From Octopus vulgaris (lineage: Eukaryota), in assembly GCA_951406725.2 (NCBI GenBank), contig OX597815.1:121086001-121150000 (forward strand): a stretch of DNA of 64,000 bases, in the 5' to 3' direction. Position 1 is the stretch's first letter. Each line of letters begins with the position of its first letter. Shown here one piece after another: positions 13,138 to 27,590 of the stretch. The translations under genes were made by a program, and so were the position numbers. The notes below the pieces were generated by a model, which was not told the DNA's origin, did not search any database, and worked only from the letters and a program-made list of their open reading frames with translations.

Positions 13138-13575
13138 ATGGCTATGTGGTAAGAAGTTTGATTCCCAGCCACATGGTTTCAGGTTCAGTCCCACAGTGTG
13201 GCACTTTCAGCAAGCATCTTCTACTACAGTGCTAGGCTAACTGCAGCCATGTGAATGAATTTGGTAGGCAGAAACATAGAGAAGCCTGTCACATATATAC
13301 GTGTGTGTGTGTGTGTACCTGTGCGTATTCATGCATGCATGTCATTGTCTCCTTGGTGTGTGACATCACATGATAGTTGTAAGTGAGTGTCACTGCCATG
13401 TAAGCAGTGTCTTTCATTTCCAATCTTCCAAAACACATCCAGTCACAAGAAAATGATGCCCTACATGGAAACAGGTGAGGGTTGAAATGGGAAGAGCATC
13501 TGGCTGAAGAAAATCTGCTTCTATAAACTCCATCCAACCCCTGCAAGCATAGAAGAGTGGATGCTAAAATGATGA
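13138..13575 (+). mobile_element. tRNA-SINE family B carrying the RTE 3' tail, followed by (GAT)n
   Basis: TGGCTATGTGGTAAGAAG..GGTTCAGTCCCAC head; 3' CCATCCAACCCCTGCAAGCATAG..AAAATGATGATG matches the RTE tail. Confidence 0.75.
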
Positions 13576-14210
13576 TGGCAATGATGATTAACGACAATGA
13601 TGATGATGATGGATAGTGGTGGTAGTGATGCTGGTGCTTATGATGATGATGACGATGATGATGATGACAACGACGACGATGACCACAAAGATGGTGATGA
13701 TGATGATAAGGATAATGATGATGATGATGATGATTTTCCAAAGTTTCAGTGTATTGTTTGAAATTCTCCAATACTTTACATCTTTACCGAAGAATCATCT
13801 ACAAGCTTATTTACCAGACTCATATGAATCATCATGTCTCCAATCTACCAAATCTATGGCGTGATCTTTCCTTCTCGAATTTCCAATAATGAACGCACCT
13901 TCACTCAATCACTGATAATAATATTTGCATTGGTTCTCAATTGATTTGTCTTAAACAAAAGAATTATTTGCAGTCTACAAGAGGGGGTCATTTTATGAAA
14001 TTCAGAATTCTTCAATATGTATTTTCTTATCTCAACAGAAAGGTCATAGTTTCTAATTCTTAGTGTAACATCATTAGTGAAATGCTTTTTTCTTTTTAAT
14101 TTTATTTCTTATATGGCAGTTTCTAATTTGAATCAGTTGATGATGGCAATGATGATGATGATGATGATGACGATGACGACGACGACGACAAGGACGATGA
14201 CAACGACAGC

Positions 14211-14245
<35 letters not shown>

Positions 14246-14310
14246 GGATGATGATGATGATGATGACGACGATGATGATGATGACAATGCTGACAATGAC
14301 AACAACGAGG
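13570..14310. repeat. Two (GAT/GAC)n tracts (13570-13735 and 14137-14308)
   Basis: Direct inspection. Confidence 0.9.
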
Positions 14311-14853
14311 TGGGAAGAAAGAAAAGGAGGAGGAAATATACTCTCTCGGATGTAATACAATGACATAAGACGTTTTACCACAGTTATGAAGTTTTAGATA
14401 GTAAGTTATAAACTTATAACCCAATGAAAGATTAATGAGGAATAATCAGAAATCGAGATGTAAGAATGTGATTTTATTCCCACTCCCTTCATTGTTATCC
14501 AATTCCTCGGTTCTAACACTAATACTAAGACACCCCAGCCATCCCAACCATGCTTCAGCCATACCTTGATCACAGAGATAGAGTTGTAATACTGTTCCCA
14601 GTGCAATCAAGGTAGCACCTGAAATAACCACAATATTTCAGACAATCAATCTGTTACTTTAGACAAGCAGACACAAGAATGTCACAGATAAAAACAGGAT
14701 AGTTGTATGTAAAACATTAAATTCACAATCATTAACAGTATTAGCATTTGAAAACTAAACAATGATATAAAAATCTTTATAATATTTCTTAGAAACATTT
14801 GCTATCAATTTTTTTTCTTTATTCTAGACCAGATGAAGTCAATACACAAATCC

Positions 14854-14927
14854 TCAGTCAGTTTTAGCTCCATGATTATAATGGGAAACATCAATATCAT
14901 CGGTGTTTTCAACAAATACCTGACAGC
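14854..14927 (-). CDS. Candidate terminal coding exon of an unidentified host gene
   Basis: Acceptor ctatttcag, then GC TGT..: CQVFVENTDDIDVSHYNHGAKTD*; non-repetitive context; no homology recognised. Confidence 0.25.
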
Positions 14928-15744
14928 CTGAAATAGTTCAATTTCAGAAAAAAATGTTAACTGATAAGTTGATTTCATTCCTCAGTGAGCAAAGTATTTC
15001 AATGGAGTTCTTTTTACCTGCCTTGCCTAAGAATTTATTTGTCATATCTCTACTTCAGCTTTCTATAAAGTCTGTTTTCTTCACAGACAATTCCCAGTTG
15101 TAGTTTTTCTGCATTATATACTAGACATATACCATATTAAATAGTAATTTTTCTGGTTTATTCATTAATGTCAGTGCATAGTAAAGACTCAGTCCACAGG
15201 ATCTTCACAATAAATTTGACTCAATTCTTAAAATGGTTTCATCCAATAACTAAATGTTCAAGTGTTATCCTTAAACTGGTATTAAAATAACCTTAATTTA
15301 ACATTCAATGTTTATGTATTTATCTCATATAATCTTCTTTGCCCACTTGTTTCAGTGAAAGTTGAGGGAGCATGCCTTCTGTTGGGTCTTGTCTGAAGCA
15401 GCCATCTCCAATTGAACTGGCTGGATTCCCAAGTGAGACTAACTGAGATTATGTATGTTATCCAACTATCTTGTTCATAGTCTGCTCCTTGGTCTCCTGT
15501 CCAGTAATTCTTTTTACTACATGTCTGTAGTATTGGAGCTATGATATCTCAGTTCAGAGAAATAGTGGCTTTAATTGGAGCACCTCATTGATCTCTGAGC
15601 TACACACACTCTATGGAGTAACATTACTCCTAAGACACTTCAGAGGAACCCCATTTCTGACTCTTGTATTCACAACTGTATTCTTTCACTCATTACCCAA
15701 GATCCATGTAGGCATGAACACTGAATTGAAGATACATACTGGTT

Positions 15745-16187
15745 TCAAATTTTGGCACAAAGCCAGCAACTTCAGAGATGGGGTTAAATTGATTACATCA
15801 ACCCCAGCGTTCAGTTAGTACTTACTTTATTGACCCTGAAAGGGTGAAAGACAATATCAACCTCAGTAGAATTTGAACTCAGGATGTAAAGATGGGGGAA
15901 AAAACTGCTGAGCATGTTGCCCAGCATGCTAAAAATTCAGTCACTTCACCACCTTATATTGAAAATATATATTCTCTTCTACTCTAGGCTCAAAGCCCAA
16001 ACTTTTGGGGAAGGGAGCCAATCAATTAGATCAACCCCAGTACTTAACTTGTACTTAACTTATTGACCCCAAAGAGATGAAAGGCAAAGTCAATCTCGGC
16101 GGAATTTGAACTCAAGAATGTAAAGACAGACGAAATACCGCTAAGCATTTTGCCCAGCGTGCTAACGTTTCTACCAGTTCACCACTT
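15745..16187 (-). mobile_element. Two tandem tRNA-SINE family A copies
   Basis: Two reverse-complement matches (about 15745-15955 and 15972-16187). Confidence 0.8.
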
Positions 16188-16724
16188 TTTTGAAAATATA
16201 TATTGAATATCATATTTATACATCAATACCTACAGCCAGCTGCCTTGGTTTCACATAGTAGGATAGGTTAACTGTATTTATTGGTTGCTTTTAGTAGAGT
16301 TCACTCTGTAGTAAGCTTTCAGATCTGGTCTCCAGTTTGAATATACTTTTCCTCTTTCTTTCTTTATCTTTCCTTCTTTCCTCCCTCCTTCCCTCTTAGC
16401 CTAAGAAGGCCTATAAAGATTGATGGGCACTGCCTCTCATCCTTGATAAGTTTTTTCATTAATTTATTTATTTTTTCCTTGTTTCAGTCATTGGGCTGCA
16501 AACATGCTGAGGTACCATCTTCAAAGGTTTAGTCAATCATATCAAGCCTGATACTTATGTTTTCCTTCCATACATAAGTCTAAAAGTCTCCTTTGCTGAT
16601 AGAATATGTACCAGCCATGAGAACATAAGCAAACCAAATTTGGTTTTCAAACAGTTTGTGTGTGTGGTGGTGGGGAGGTCAAAGACAAAGACACACACCT
16701 ACACAGAGATATGTATCTGTATAT

Positions 16725-16922
16725 AGTTAATCCAAAAAAAATGAAGTAAAAACACAAGAAAAACAAGAACGTGAGGACGTGGTACATGCAAAGTATTAAC
16801 AGACCCTCAGGGAAGGAAAGAAAGGTAGTTTTACAATTAGAGCAAAGCTCTTCTTCAGAAACAGATGACAAAGGAAAGTTCAAGAGAAAAGGAAGATGAG
16901 GAAAAAACTGCCAACGATCCAC

Positions 16923-16923
<1 letters not shown>
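16725..16923 (-). mobile_element. Penelope-type pseudo-LTR relic with a decayed hammerhead-like motif
   Basis: Minus strand CTGAAGAAGAGC-TTT-GCTC-TAATTGTAAAAC; related to 42972-43386. Confidence 0.55.
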
Positions 16924-16957
<34 letters not shown>

Positions 16958-17006
16958 TGTATGTATGTATGTATGTATGTATGTATGTATGTATGTATGT
17001 ATGTAT

Positions 17007-17243
17007 GTCATTGTTCAGTTTTATTTCAAAATTTCTTGCCAATAGAAAAATAGCTGGTTTCTAATCCAGATCCAAGGCTCTTTCATTGGAATTTCAACAT
17101 CAACAACAGAGTATTTTTGTTTGTATGTATGTCATTATTCAATATATTTCAAGATTTCTTGCCAAAAGAGAAAGCTGGTTTCTAACCTAGATTCAAAGCT
17201 CCTTCATTCGAATTTCAACATCAACAACAGGGTATTTTTGTTT
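17007..17243 (-). mobile_element. Two tandem ~110-bp 3' termini of the (ATAC)n-associated RLE LINE
   Basis: Both units match 34587-34697 and are embedded in (TATG)n. Confidence 0.85.
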
Positions 17244-17381
17244 GTATGTATGTATGTATGTATGTATGTATGTATGTATGTATGTATGTATGTATGTATG
17301 CATGTATACATGCATGCATGTATGCATGTATGTATGTATGTATGTATGTATGTATGTATGTATGTATGTATGTATGTATGT

Positions 17382-18156
17382 AGCTTTTGCTAAGGTTAGC
17401 TCTCTGGGAATATATGTCAGATATCGATCTTCTGGCCGCCTCTTTAATCTTTGCCAATTTGCTGCCAATTCAAAGGTTTCCCAGTCTATTATTCGTGACC
17501 TCCTTTATGCAGATGACTGTGACTTAGTCACTCATGCAGTGGATGACATGCAAATACTCATGAATTGCATTTCTGCTTCTTGCAGGGCATTTGAACTCAG
17601 CATTAGCCTGGACAAGACTGTTGTAATGTTCCAGCCTGCACCAGGAAATCCATATATAGAACCAGCTATCTTGGTTGAAGGAACAATTCTGAAGGTTGTA
17701 GACAAGTTTGTCTACCTGGGCAGCACACTCAGCCGTTCTTGCTCCCTGGATGAGGAAATATCTTTCAGGTTGCAGAGAGCAACTAATTCCTTCTGGTCTC
17801 TTCAGTCTCGTGTCTGGTCCCAACATGGCATCGCAAGGAGAACAAAAGTTGCTGTGTACCGTGCTTGTGTACTGACATCGCTTCTCTACTCATATGAGAC
17901 ATGGACTCTGTACAAACGTCTCAGACACATTCTCAATGTTGGCTGGACCTCAAAAATTCCAGACCCACAGATCCTGAGGACAGCTGATATCTTGAGTATT
18001 GAGGCGATGGTACACAAGCACCGGTTGTGTTGGACTGGATACCTTATTAGAATGGAGGATAGAAGGATTCCTAAGCAGATGCTCTATGGAGAACTTGTGA
18101 ATGGAAGGAGACTCCGGCAGAAACCAAGGCTACTATTTAAGGACTGTGTCAAGTCC

Positions 18157-18190
<34 letters not shown>

Positions 18191-19210
18191 TTAGCGTCCG
18201 CTTTCCATGCTAGCATGGGTTGGACGGTTCAACTGGGGTCTGTGAAGCTGGAAGGCTTCGTCAGGCCCAGTCAGATCTGGCAGTGTTTCTACGGCTGGAT
18301 GCCCTTCCTAACGCCAACCACTCCGTGAGTGTAGTGGGTGCTTTTTACGTGTCACCCGCACAGGTGCCAGACAGAGCTGGCAAACGGCCACGAATGGATG
18401 GTGCTTTTACGTGTCACCGGCACGGGGGCCAGGCGAGGCTGGCAACGGACACGAACAGATGGTGCTTTTACGTGCCACCAACACGGGGGCCAGACAGAGC
18501 TGGCAAACGGCCATGAACGAATGGTGCTTTTATGTGTCACCGACACGGGGGCCAGGCGAGGCTGGCAGCGGACACGAACGGATGGTTCACTTAACCACAG
18601 CTGCAATTCCCACTGATGTTGATCGACCTCAATTTTGGTTCTGCTTTCTGATATATGATTTGATTTGATTTGGTTTGATTTTGATTGTTCTCACTGGTCT
18701 TGCCGGGTCTTCTCGTGCACAGCATACTTCCATAGGTCTCGGTCTCTGGTCATTTCCTTGGTGAGACCTAAAGTTCGAAGGTCGTGCTTCACCACCTCGA
18801 CCCAGGTTTTCCTGGGTCTACCTCTTCCACAGGTCCCCTCAACTGCCAGGGTGTGGCACTTTTTCACACACCTATCTTCATCCATTGGCTTTTGATATAC
18901 AGGACACTGACTGGGAGAACAATGCCTGTCATCGCCACAGATGGAGGAAGCAGGTTAAGGAGGGGATCGACACTTTTGAGAGAGCACGTATCCAGCATGA
19001 AGAACTTAAGCGAGCTGCGCGAAAGCGCATGGCTCGTATAGTGAATGGGGAAAGCTTGGTCTGCAATGTTTGCAGTCGTGTATGCTTGTCAAAAGCAGGG
19101 CTCATTAGCCACCAACGGAGCCGCAAATGCAAAATATAAGTTAGTCCTAGAGCACACAATGTTCCTGAAGGTCGGCAATGGTCTTCCTCGGTCACGAGTG
19201 GACGGCCATC
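17382..19210 (+). mobile_element. 5'-truncated RTE (BovB-like) LINE with C-terminal C2H2 zinc finger, interrupted by a nested RTE insertion
   Basis: LLYADD, KTVVM, VDKFVYLGS, RIPKQMLYGEL; resumes at 18886 with ..CNVCSRVCLSKAGLISHQRS..*. Confidence 0.92.
18157..18885 (-). mobile_element. Nested 3' fragment of the PHD-RTE family
   Basis: GRGRPRKTW..KHDLRTLGL C-terminus, 3'UTR minisatellite and (GAT)n tail; matches 54512-55335. Confidence 0.92.
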
Positions 19211-21339
19211 ATGTATGTATGTATGTATGTGTATGTATGTGTGTATGTATGTATGTGTATGGATGTTGGTGTATGTGTATGTATATGTGTATATGTGCGT
19301 ATGCATGTATGTATGTGTATGTATGTATGTATGTATGTCTGTATGTATGTATGTATGTATGTATGTATGAATGTATGTATGTATGTATGTATGTATGTAT
19401 GTATGTGTTTATGTGTGTATGCATGTGTGTGTATGCACACATATGTGATGAGCTTCCACACAGTTTCCATAAACTAAACTCACTCAAAAGGCCTTGGTCA
19501 ATCAATGAAGAGGTTACAGCAGAAGTCCAAGATGCTGTGCACTGAGACTAAAACTGAAACCACTTGTTTGTGAAGCAAACTTCTTAATCACACAGTCAAT
19601 GCTTGCACCTAAATGACACCAAAAAAAAAAACTGGGTTAACTGCCATGCTGAATGAATAATCAAATGTTTGGGACTCTTCTCTAAGATGCAACAGAAAGA
19701 GGGAGAGGGGGAGGGATCGAGAGAAAGCGAGTGAGAGAGAGAGAGAGGGGGAGAGAAGAAGAGGGAGAGTGAGAGCTACACCAACACCTGGCTAAGTAGA
19801 CTGGGGAAACATGAAATGTAATGCCTTATTCAATGAGACAATACATTGCCCAGTTTAGGAATTGAATGCACAACCTTATGATTACCAACTGAACATCCCT
19901 AACCACTAAACCACACTCTGTCACTTATTCAGTAGTCATCCTCATCATCACTATCAATCCCTGGGTATGACTGTCTCATGTCCTAGAACTAGAGATATCC
20001 GTCCCCTTGAATAGAATGCTGTCCATTAAAGGGTTATTCGTTTACAGCTGATTGGACTGGAGTAAAAGGAAATGAAGTGTTTTGCTCAAAAACACAACAC
20101 GTCACCCGGTCCAGAATTGAAACCCTGATCTTGTAATCATGAGTGCAACATACTAACCACTAGACCATAAGCCTTCACTAGCTTGTAGTACATGCTTAGT
20201 AAAGCAGAAAGACAAAAACCTTTGTTGTAATAAAAGAAGAAATGGAGAGATAATAGTTTGTTGTTGATTAGTGAAGCCTTGCCTGTGACTATGTTTTACA
20301 TTAAAGTGAAAGTTTAGAATTAAATGGCTTAAATTGTAACTCAGCAATCTATTTAAATACTGCAAATAAATGCAGTTTATACATTATCCTATTTTGTGAG
20401 TGAATGCCGTTGATATTATGAATACTACAGAACCGAACCAGTTTATCCATAAAAAGATATTTAATGTTCATTGATGTCATAGAAAATTCCCATGATTATA
20501 GTTACTATGGAAATACATTAGACGTTAACCTTCACCAAATGATTTATCATCTGTAGTATTTCACTTATTATCAGAATGGCTTTTCAATAAGTCACAATTT
20601 TTTGCTGAATTGCATACAGCTTTACTGTAGTACACACATTGTTACTATAACAATAACAACAGCCACATAAATTACAATAAAATCAGGACAACTAAGCGTC
20701 TCCACCCAACCTCTCATTAATTGTTTTACTGATTATTCTTGCATATATCACATGACTTGATACTAAGCTATTAAAAATCAGTCAGCAATCAATATACTGT
20801 TATTCTACCGTTACAATGTTATGATCTTGAAGCTCAAAACTTATCACATCAGTATATGATTACATGTTAGAAAATAAGAATAAGGTTACCAGTGATTAGA
20901 TTAATTTTACAATTTCTGGTGATGCACTTGTGAAACCTCTTTTATTTAAATAGGTCAATTCTAGATTTCGATACAATTATCAGAAAGAGGTATTTAAAAA
21001 TAACATTTAAAAAAAAATACAATTATATACAATACAAAAACGTTTGTTTTAATAGTTCTTCACTTTTTAATATATACATGTGTATGTGTGTGAGTGTGTG
21101 TGTACATATGTATATACATGTGTGTGTGTGTACATATGTGTATATATATGTGTGTTAGTTTCTTTTGATTTGTCAAGCATCTATTTTCTTATCTGTTTAG
21201 CCTTTTGTTCTTTTGGCAAAGTTTTAAATTATGCAACTCTACCCCACCTTAGCTGTTTTTTTCCTTTGATATATAAGAGGTAAACAAACTGCTGTCTAAA
21301 TTACACAAAAATGAAAACAACACTGACATCTCATTTTAA

Positions 21340-22160
21340 CAGATACATTTAACAAAATTACTTTAAAATATCTCGAAAACTAATGAGTAAATTAATTCAA
21401 TAAAATCGCCATTGGTTTCTACCATGGCCTCTAAACAACTTCGGAATCTCCTGTAACTCTTCTGGACAGTCTCCTTGTTTAAGTTGGTGAATGCTGCCAT
21501 AATCCTTGCCTTCAGTTCATCTTTGGTGTTACAAAGAGTTTTGTTGGTCTCTCACTCACCTGTGCCCCACACATAATAATCAAGGGAGTTACAGTCTGGT
21601 GAGTTATGTGGCCAGATGTTAGAGGTGTTGTGGTCACAAAAATTGTCTGACAGCCATGACTGGGATCTCCTGCTTGTGTGTTATGGTGCAGAGTCCTGTT
21701 GCCAGACATAGGATCTTCCAGCAGTCACCCTCTTGACCCAGGGCAGCACAACCTCCTCCAGACACTTGAGGTAGGCCTCTGTGTTGAATCTGAGGCCATG
21801 TGAAAAGATGAATGGCGACATAATGTTGCCATCACTAGTGATCACTCCAAATATCATGATGTTGACTGGATTCTTTATTTTTATCACTGTTGGTACATGT
21901 TTTAGGGACACGGCAAACACTCAGATTGATGCCCAAACACTCTGAAATGTCCACACTGGAGCTTCCGGCATGAATACCAAGCAGCACAGCTTGTCGTTTC
22001 CAAATTTTTGGCAGAGTGAAAGGCCTCATGGTGCTGTTTTTTTCACAGACGGTGCCCAACTGACCCTACTAAACTGTGTAGTCGACAAAATCAAAAACAA
22101 ACAATGCACATGTGCGAAATAAAAAATATAAAATGACAGCAATTTACCCATCGCACCATG
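21340..22160 (-). mobile_element. IS630-Tc1-mariner DD37D (maT-like) transposon, internally deleted
   Basis: WQQDSAP..WPHNSPDCNSLDYYVW with 37 residues between the 2nd and 3rd D; end TA|CATGGTGCGATGGGTAAATTG at 22160. Confidence 0.85.
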
Positions 22161-22309
22161 TATAAGTATATATATATATATATATATATTTTTCTTTTTT
22201 CTTTTCACATATACTCATCAACATCATCATCATCATAATCACCATCACCATCACCATCATCCTCCACATCATCATCACCACCACCACCACCATCATCACC
22301 ACCACTACC

Positions 22310-22368
<59 letters not shown>

Positions 22369-22508
22369 TCTCAATTCTCATCATGCAATTTTTAAGGCCA
22401 CTGTAGCATTTCGGTACATGTTAAAAATATGCATATTTTTCTTTTTGCATCTGCTCATTTTTCTCAATGTGATCATGTAAACGTAACAACCCAAAATAGT
22501 TCAACAGT

Positions 22509-22915
22509 GCAGGCATGACTGCTTCCCAACCACATGGTTCTGGGTTCAGTCCCACTGCATGGCATCTTGGGCAAGTGTCTTCTACTATAGCCTCAGGCCA
22601 ACCAAAACCTTGTGATCGGATTTGATAGACAGAAACTGAAAGAAGACTGTCATATGTGTGTGTGTGTGTGTGTGTGTGCATGTGCATGTGCATGTGCGTG
22701 TGTGTCTTTGAGTTTGTTTTTTTTTCCCTCACCATTGCTTGACAACTGATGTTGATGCATTTACATACATGTAATCCAGTGGTGCAGCAAAAGAGACCAA
22801 TAGAACAAGTACTAGGCTTCAGAAAATAAGTCCTGGGGGTCAATTTGTTTGAATAAAACCCTTCAAGGCTGTGCCCCAGCATGGCCACAGTCAAATGGGT
22901 GAAACAAGTAAAAGA
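22509..22915 (+). mobile_element. tRNA-SINE family B
   Basis: GGGTTCAGTCCCACTG..TCTTGGGCAAGTGTCTTCTACTATAG core, internal (TG)n; other copies near 7535-7830, 8190-8340, 9565-9940 and 19440-19610. Confidence 0.8.
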
Positions 22916-22951
22916 TCTAATAAAATAATGAGCATAGTGTTTTTATATATT

Positions 22952-23040
<89 letters not shown>

Positions 23041-23347
23041 CCAGAATCATGCTGGACATGGAGGAGGAGAGAAAATAGTAATTTAGTGAAGGAGATGTAG
23101 TGAGAATAATAACCCTGACTGAGAAGGAGTGAGAGAAAGTAATAGCAATGAGAGAAAGGAAGGAGTGGTAGATGAATAAGGAAGAAAGGGGTGAAAAATA
23201 ATCAGGGTTTCAACTCTGTGTGAGTATATGTGTGTATGTGTCTGTGTGTACAAGGGAAGTATGTGAATGTTTGTATATGTGATTATTATGTACCTTATTT
23301 ATATATAAAATACTACAATTGGCCGTCATTATTGATAGCACATGGTC

Positions 23348-23399
23348 AGCTAGTATATGATAAAGCTAGTATATGATAAAGCTAGTATATGATAAAGCT
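23348..23399. repeat. Three perfect copies of a 16-bp tandem repeat (AGCTAGTATATGATAA)
   Basis: Direct inspection. Confidence 0.9.
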
Positions 23400-24628
23400 C
23401 TGCTAAAGCCCTGCTAATACAAATCTTACAAGTGAACTTACAAGATTTTGCCTGTCTAGATAGACCACACGGCTACCACCACTAAGTCACATCTTTGTCT
23501 CTTAAGATCTACATGGAGCCAATATCATGACATCATTCATTCTGTGGAATTGCTGCTTCAGTATCAATACCATTCAGTGACATAGAACAGGTCACTGGGA
23601 GTTCACATACAAAGTTTAATACTATTTGAAATGTGACAGATACTGTCAATTTAGGTTTTCCAGAAAATGTTTTGCTTTGCACAGAAATTGTCTTTTTACA
23701 TTTTTGAGTATCTCCAAATAACACCATCAAGTCATCAAAATTCTTTTGTGATCATGGCAATGGCATCTTATGACCAACTACAGAAACACACACACATACA
23801 CACTTATATATGCACACACACACACACATTCACACACAGGGGCACATCCACATGCACACAAGTGCACAGGTATACACACACACACACATACACACACACA
23901 CAGAAGCACATTTACTCAGAGAGGCACATACATACACATGCAGAAGCAAATACAAACACACACATGCACACATACATACACATACATAGACAGTTATACA
24001 CACACATGCAAAAACACACACACATACACACACACATGCAAAAGCACACATACACATACATACACACAAAGAGGTACACATACACACATAGTGCTTATCA
24101 TTAGAAATAATGTAGTTTATTTGTAAAACTGTGTCAGATGCCAAAATTGCTCAATATTTCTACTCATTGCCATAACCACTTTTGAATTGTCACAGTATAA
24201 TCAAGGAATTAAAATAAAAGCTATGGATTTTTGAAATATTCTTTTGCCACAAAAAAAAGAAAGTAAAAAACACTGAAAAATTTTGCAAAAAAAAAATGAT
24301 TTTCACTGATTGTTTGAAAATTATTTGATGTTTAAAACACTCAGAAGACTGATATTTTTTTATCTTTTAAAGACAAAATTCAAAAGATAGGTGGAGTACC
24401 ACTCACATTTTATGAAAAATATTCTACCCGTGCAATTTGATCTTTTGTTTTGTTTTGTTATACTGTCAGTTACAAAATAATATACTTCTAGCAAGGCTCT
24501 TCAACAGAAAAATTAAATGGTATTTGTTTTAAATAGTCTACTAAACAGTATTTGTATTTAAATATTTTGCTAAACACTAATTATTCTAAATATTTTAACC
24601 CTTTTACTGCAGAAATCAGATATGTAGG

Positions 24629-24995
24629 GGCAGTGTGGTAAGCAGCTTGCTTACTAACCATATGGTCCCGGGTTCAGTCCACTTTGTGGCACCTTGGGCA
24701 AGTGTCTTCTACTATGGCCTCAGGCTGACCAAAGCCTTGTGAGTGGATTTGGTAACCAGAATCTGAAAGAAGCCCATCATGTATATATGTTTGTGTAGCT
24801 GTGTCCCCCTTCCCCACCTCATTGCTTAACAACCAATGCAAGTGTGTTTACATCCTGTAACTTAGTGGTTCAGCAAAAGAGACTGATAGAATAAATACTA
24901 GGCTTACAAAGAATGAGTCCTGGGGTGGATTTGTTTGACTAAAGGTGTTGCTCTAGCATGGCTGCAGTCAAATGACTGGAATAAATAAAAGAGTA
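24629..24995 (+). mobile_element. tRNA-SINE family B, near full length
   Basis: A-box-like GGCAGTGTGGTAAG, B-box-like GGTTCAGTCC, ACCTTGGGCAAGTG core. Confidence 0.85.
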
Positions 24996-26892
24996 ACAAG
25001 TAAAAAGTAATATCTACTCAAATTTTTGTTATCCTTAAGTACCAAAAGCACTTTCACATGCCAATCTATCTTTTGTGGAGGAATGTCATGCTTTAAACTA
25101 ATTTTTGTGGAAATATGTTTATTAAAGTAATGTGACTTTCAGAAAATACCAATTCTACCTTTTGGCAAATATTTAGTATCATTACTGGAATAACCATAAA
25201 ATTTAATTTTGCAGTGAAAGAGTTATTAAACAGTAATTGTTCAAAATATTTTGTTAAGCAGTAATTGTTTTGAATATTGTAGAAAATTGTTTTTGTTCAA
25301 AATATTTCCTACATAAAGAATTGAGGTAGATAACCTTGTTTTAATTTTTTGTATGTTTTTTAGACAGGTGGAATGGCAGTTCCCACAATCCTTTGCAGGT
25401 CTAGTGGGAGCAAGAGAGGAATTGACCCTTAAACCCCAAACCAGACTCCAGTGCTTCTTTAAACCTTTTGTTACCATATTCTCATTGAAATTCACTGCTT
25501 TTGTTTCAGTTAACAATGTTAACTGAAACTGTATTTATGTAGCGTGAGTGTATAGTAAATGTGAGAACCATTGGGTTACTTAAAATTTCATAAAGTCCTC
25601 TTCCAAACTAAATATCAGTCTACACAACACCCAGTCATATTCAGCTAATTCATGTGCCACTGAACACAGTAACACATCTGTTAGGTGACGTTGTCCAGGA
25701 GTCTAACAATTGCAATTTGCAATAAAATATGAAACTTTTAGTAACCTGATAAATATCCGTTTACATACACACAAACACACACATGTTTTAACTCTATATT
25801 GTAATCTATTATATTGAGCATTTTTTATTGACATATGTAACTTGTTATGTACCTACTATGTGACTACTTATTAATCACACTTTCCTTTTACTGTGCATCC
25901 TTCTTATCACTTATCTCTCATGTTAATATACCACATACCTCTAATCTTCTTCCCACATTGTGCCAGGAAGCACATAAGGCTTCCACTTTGTCCGTCTGTC
26001 TCTGTCTCTGTCTGTCTCTCTCTGTCTGTATGTCTCTCTCTCTCTCTCTTCATGGTGCCCTGTCAATGGATGTGGTTTGCACCTGGTTTCGCATTCCCCA
26101 TCCACTGGTCTGCCTCCCTTATTCAACTTTTCTTCTCCAGCTGTTCGTGGGTCTTCTATGCTTCCTTCCTCTTTCAGGGACCTATGTCATAGCTGTTATA
26201 CAATCATTGTTAGGATGTTAAGCATCTTTCCTCCGGCCCCTGTCTCTATTGCCTGAACCTTTATCACTCATGTCCCTATTGCTCATATCCCTGTTTCAAA
26301 TCTCTCAGTCACTCTCTCATCTATTCATTATACTTAACTGTTGATGTTACAAAGGCTAACATTGGATCTCTTCTGTTCACTATATTTTGCTTCCAGTGTA
26401 ACAAAGAATTATACTCGACTTATTGACCCATTTTCTAACACTCAACCTTTCCCTTCTTCATTATTATCACCCTCTTTGACTCATCTTGTGGCCACTAGAT
26501 AAGGGAGCCTTACCCTTTACCACTACCTCTTCTTTATCCATTGATCAACCAGTATCCATCATTCATTCTCATCATTTCACAACCACTTGCTAGTCATCAT
26601 TTTGTTATCCCTTTTATTTCTAGGCTGATGCTACAATACAATGCACCCAGTGTGCTATGTTAAGTATGGGACTGAAGGACCCTTCAATCTTGTCAAAGAT
26701 GTGGTATTATCTCTTGTGTTTGAGGTACACTCTGTAAAGTGGTTGGTGTTAGGAAGGACATCCTAGATATTAAAGACATGTTGAAATTTCAACTCAATAA
26801 CAACTTGTACAACACCACTAAGACTCTCACCTTCAAAGTCAAGTAGCTCTAAAACAAGCAAGAGCAAAATCTCTGCTTCATTGCAAAGAATG

Positions 26893-27196
26893 TATACATA
26901 CATACAAACACACATACATACATACATCAATGCATACATACATACATGCATACATACATACATACATACATACATACATACATACACACACACATACATG
27001 CATGCATACATACATACATACATACATACATACATACACACATACATACATACATACATACATACATACATACATACATACATACATACATACATACATA
27101 CATACACACACACATACATACATGCATACATACATACATACATACATATATACATTTATCTACATACATACATACACACACACACATACATACATG

Positions 27197-27228
<32 letters not shown>

Positions 27229-27262
27229 CATACATACATACATACATACATACATACATACA
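26893..27262. repeat. (ATAC)n tetranucleotide microsatellite
   Basis: Direct inspection; similar tracts at 16930-17006, 17243-17381, 19211-19435, 32395-32484 and 51565-51962. Confidence 0.95.
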
Positions 27263-27590
27263 TCAAAACTTCTGTCAAATGTAAACATAACAGACCAGAT
27301 ATTGTTATTTGGGACATAAGGGCAAAGGTAAGTACTGTCATAAAGGTCAGCTACCCTGAAGATATAAATATCTCTTTGAAAATCAAAGGAAAACAGGATA
27401 TCTATGGACAACTACTTTGAAACCTCCAGCTTCTATATCCAGACTATAAATTCTTATTCATACCAATAATAATTGGATAAACTGAGATTTTCAGAAAGAG
27501 AAATTGACCAGATAATTTGTACATTACAAGTGCAACCTGTGAGTGGAACAGTAAAAATATGTAAGAATTTTATCAAGTTCCAAATGTGAA
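27263..27590 (+). mobile_element. RLE LINE endonuclease fragment
   Basis: IKTSVKCKHNRPDIVIWD..KVSYPEDINI..YGQLL; homologous to 34817-35422. Confidence 0.85.

Noticed and set aside
25364-25526. Possible plus-strand exon after a T-rich acceptor
   Set aside because: No recognisable product or linking exon
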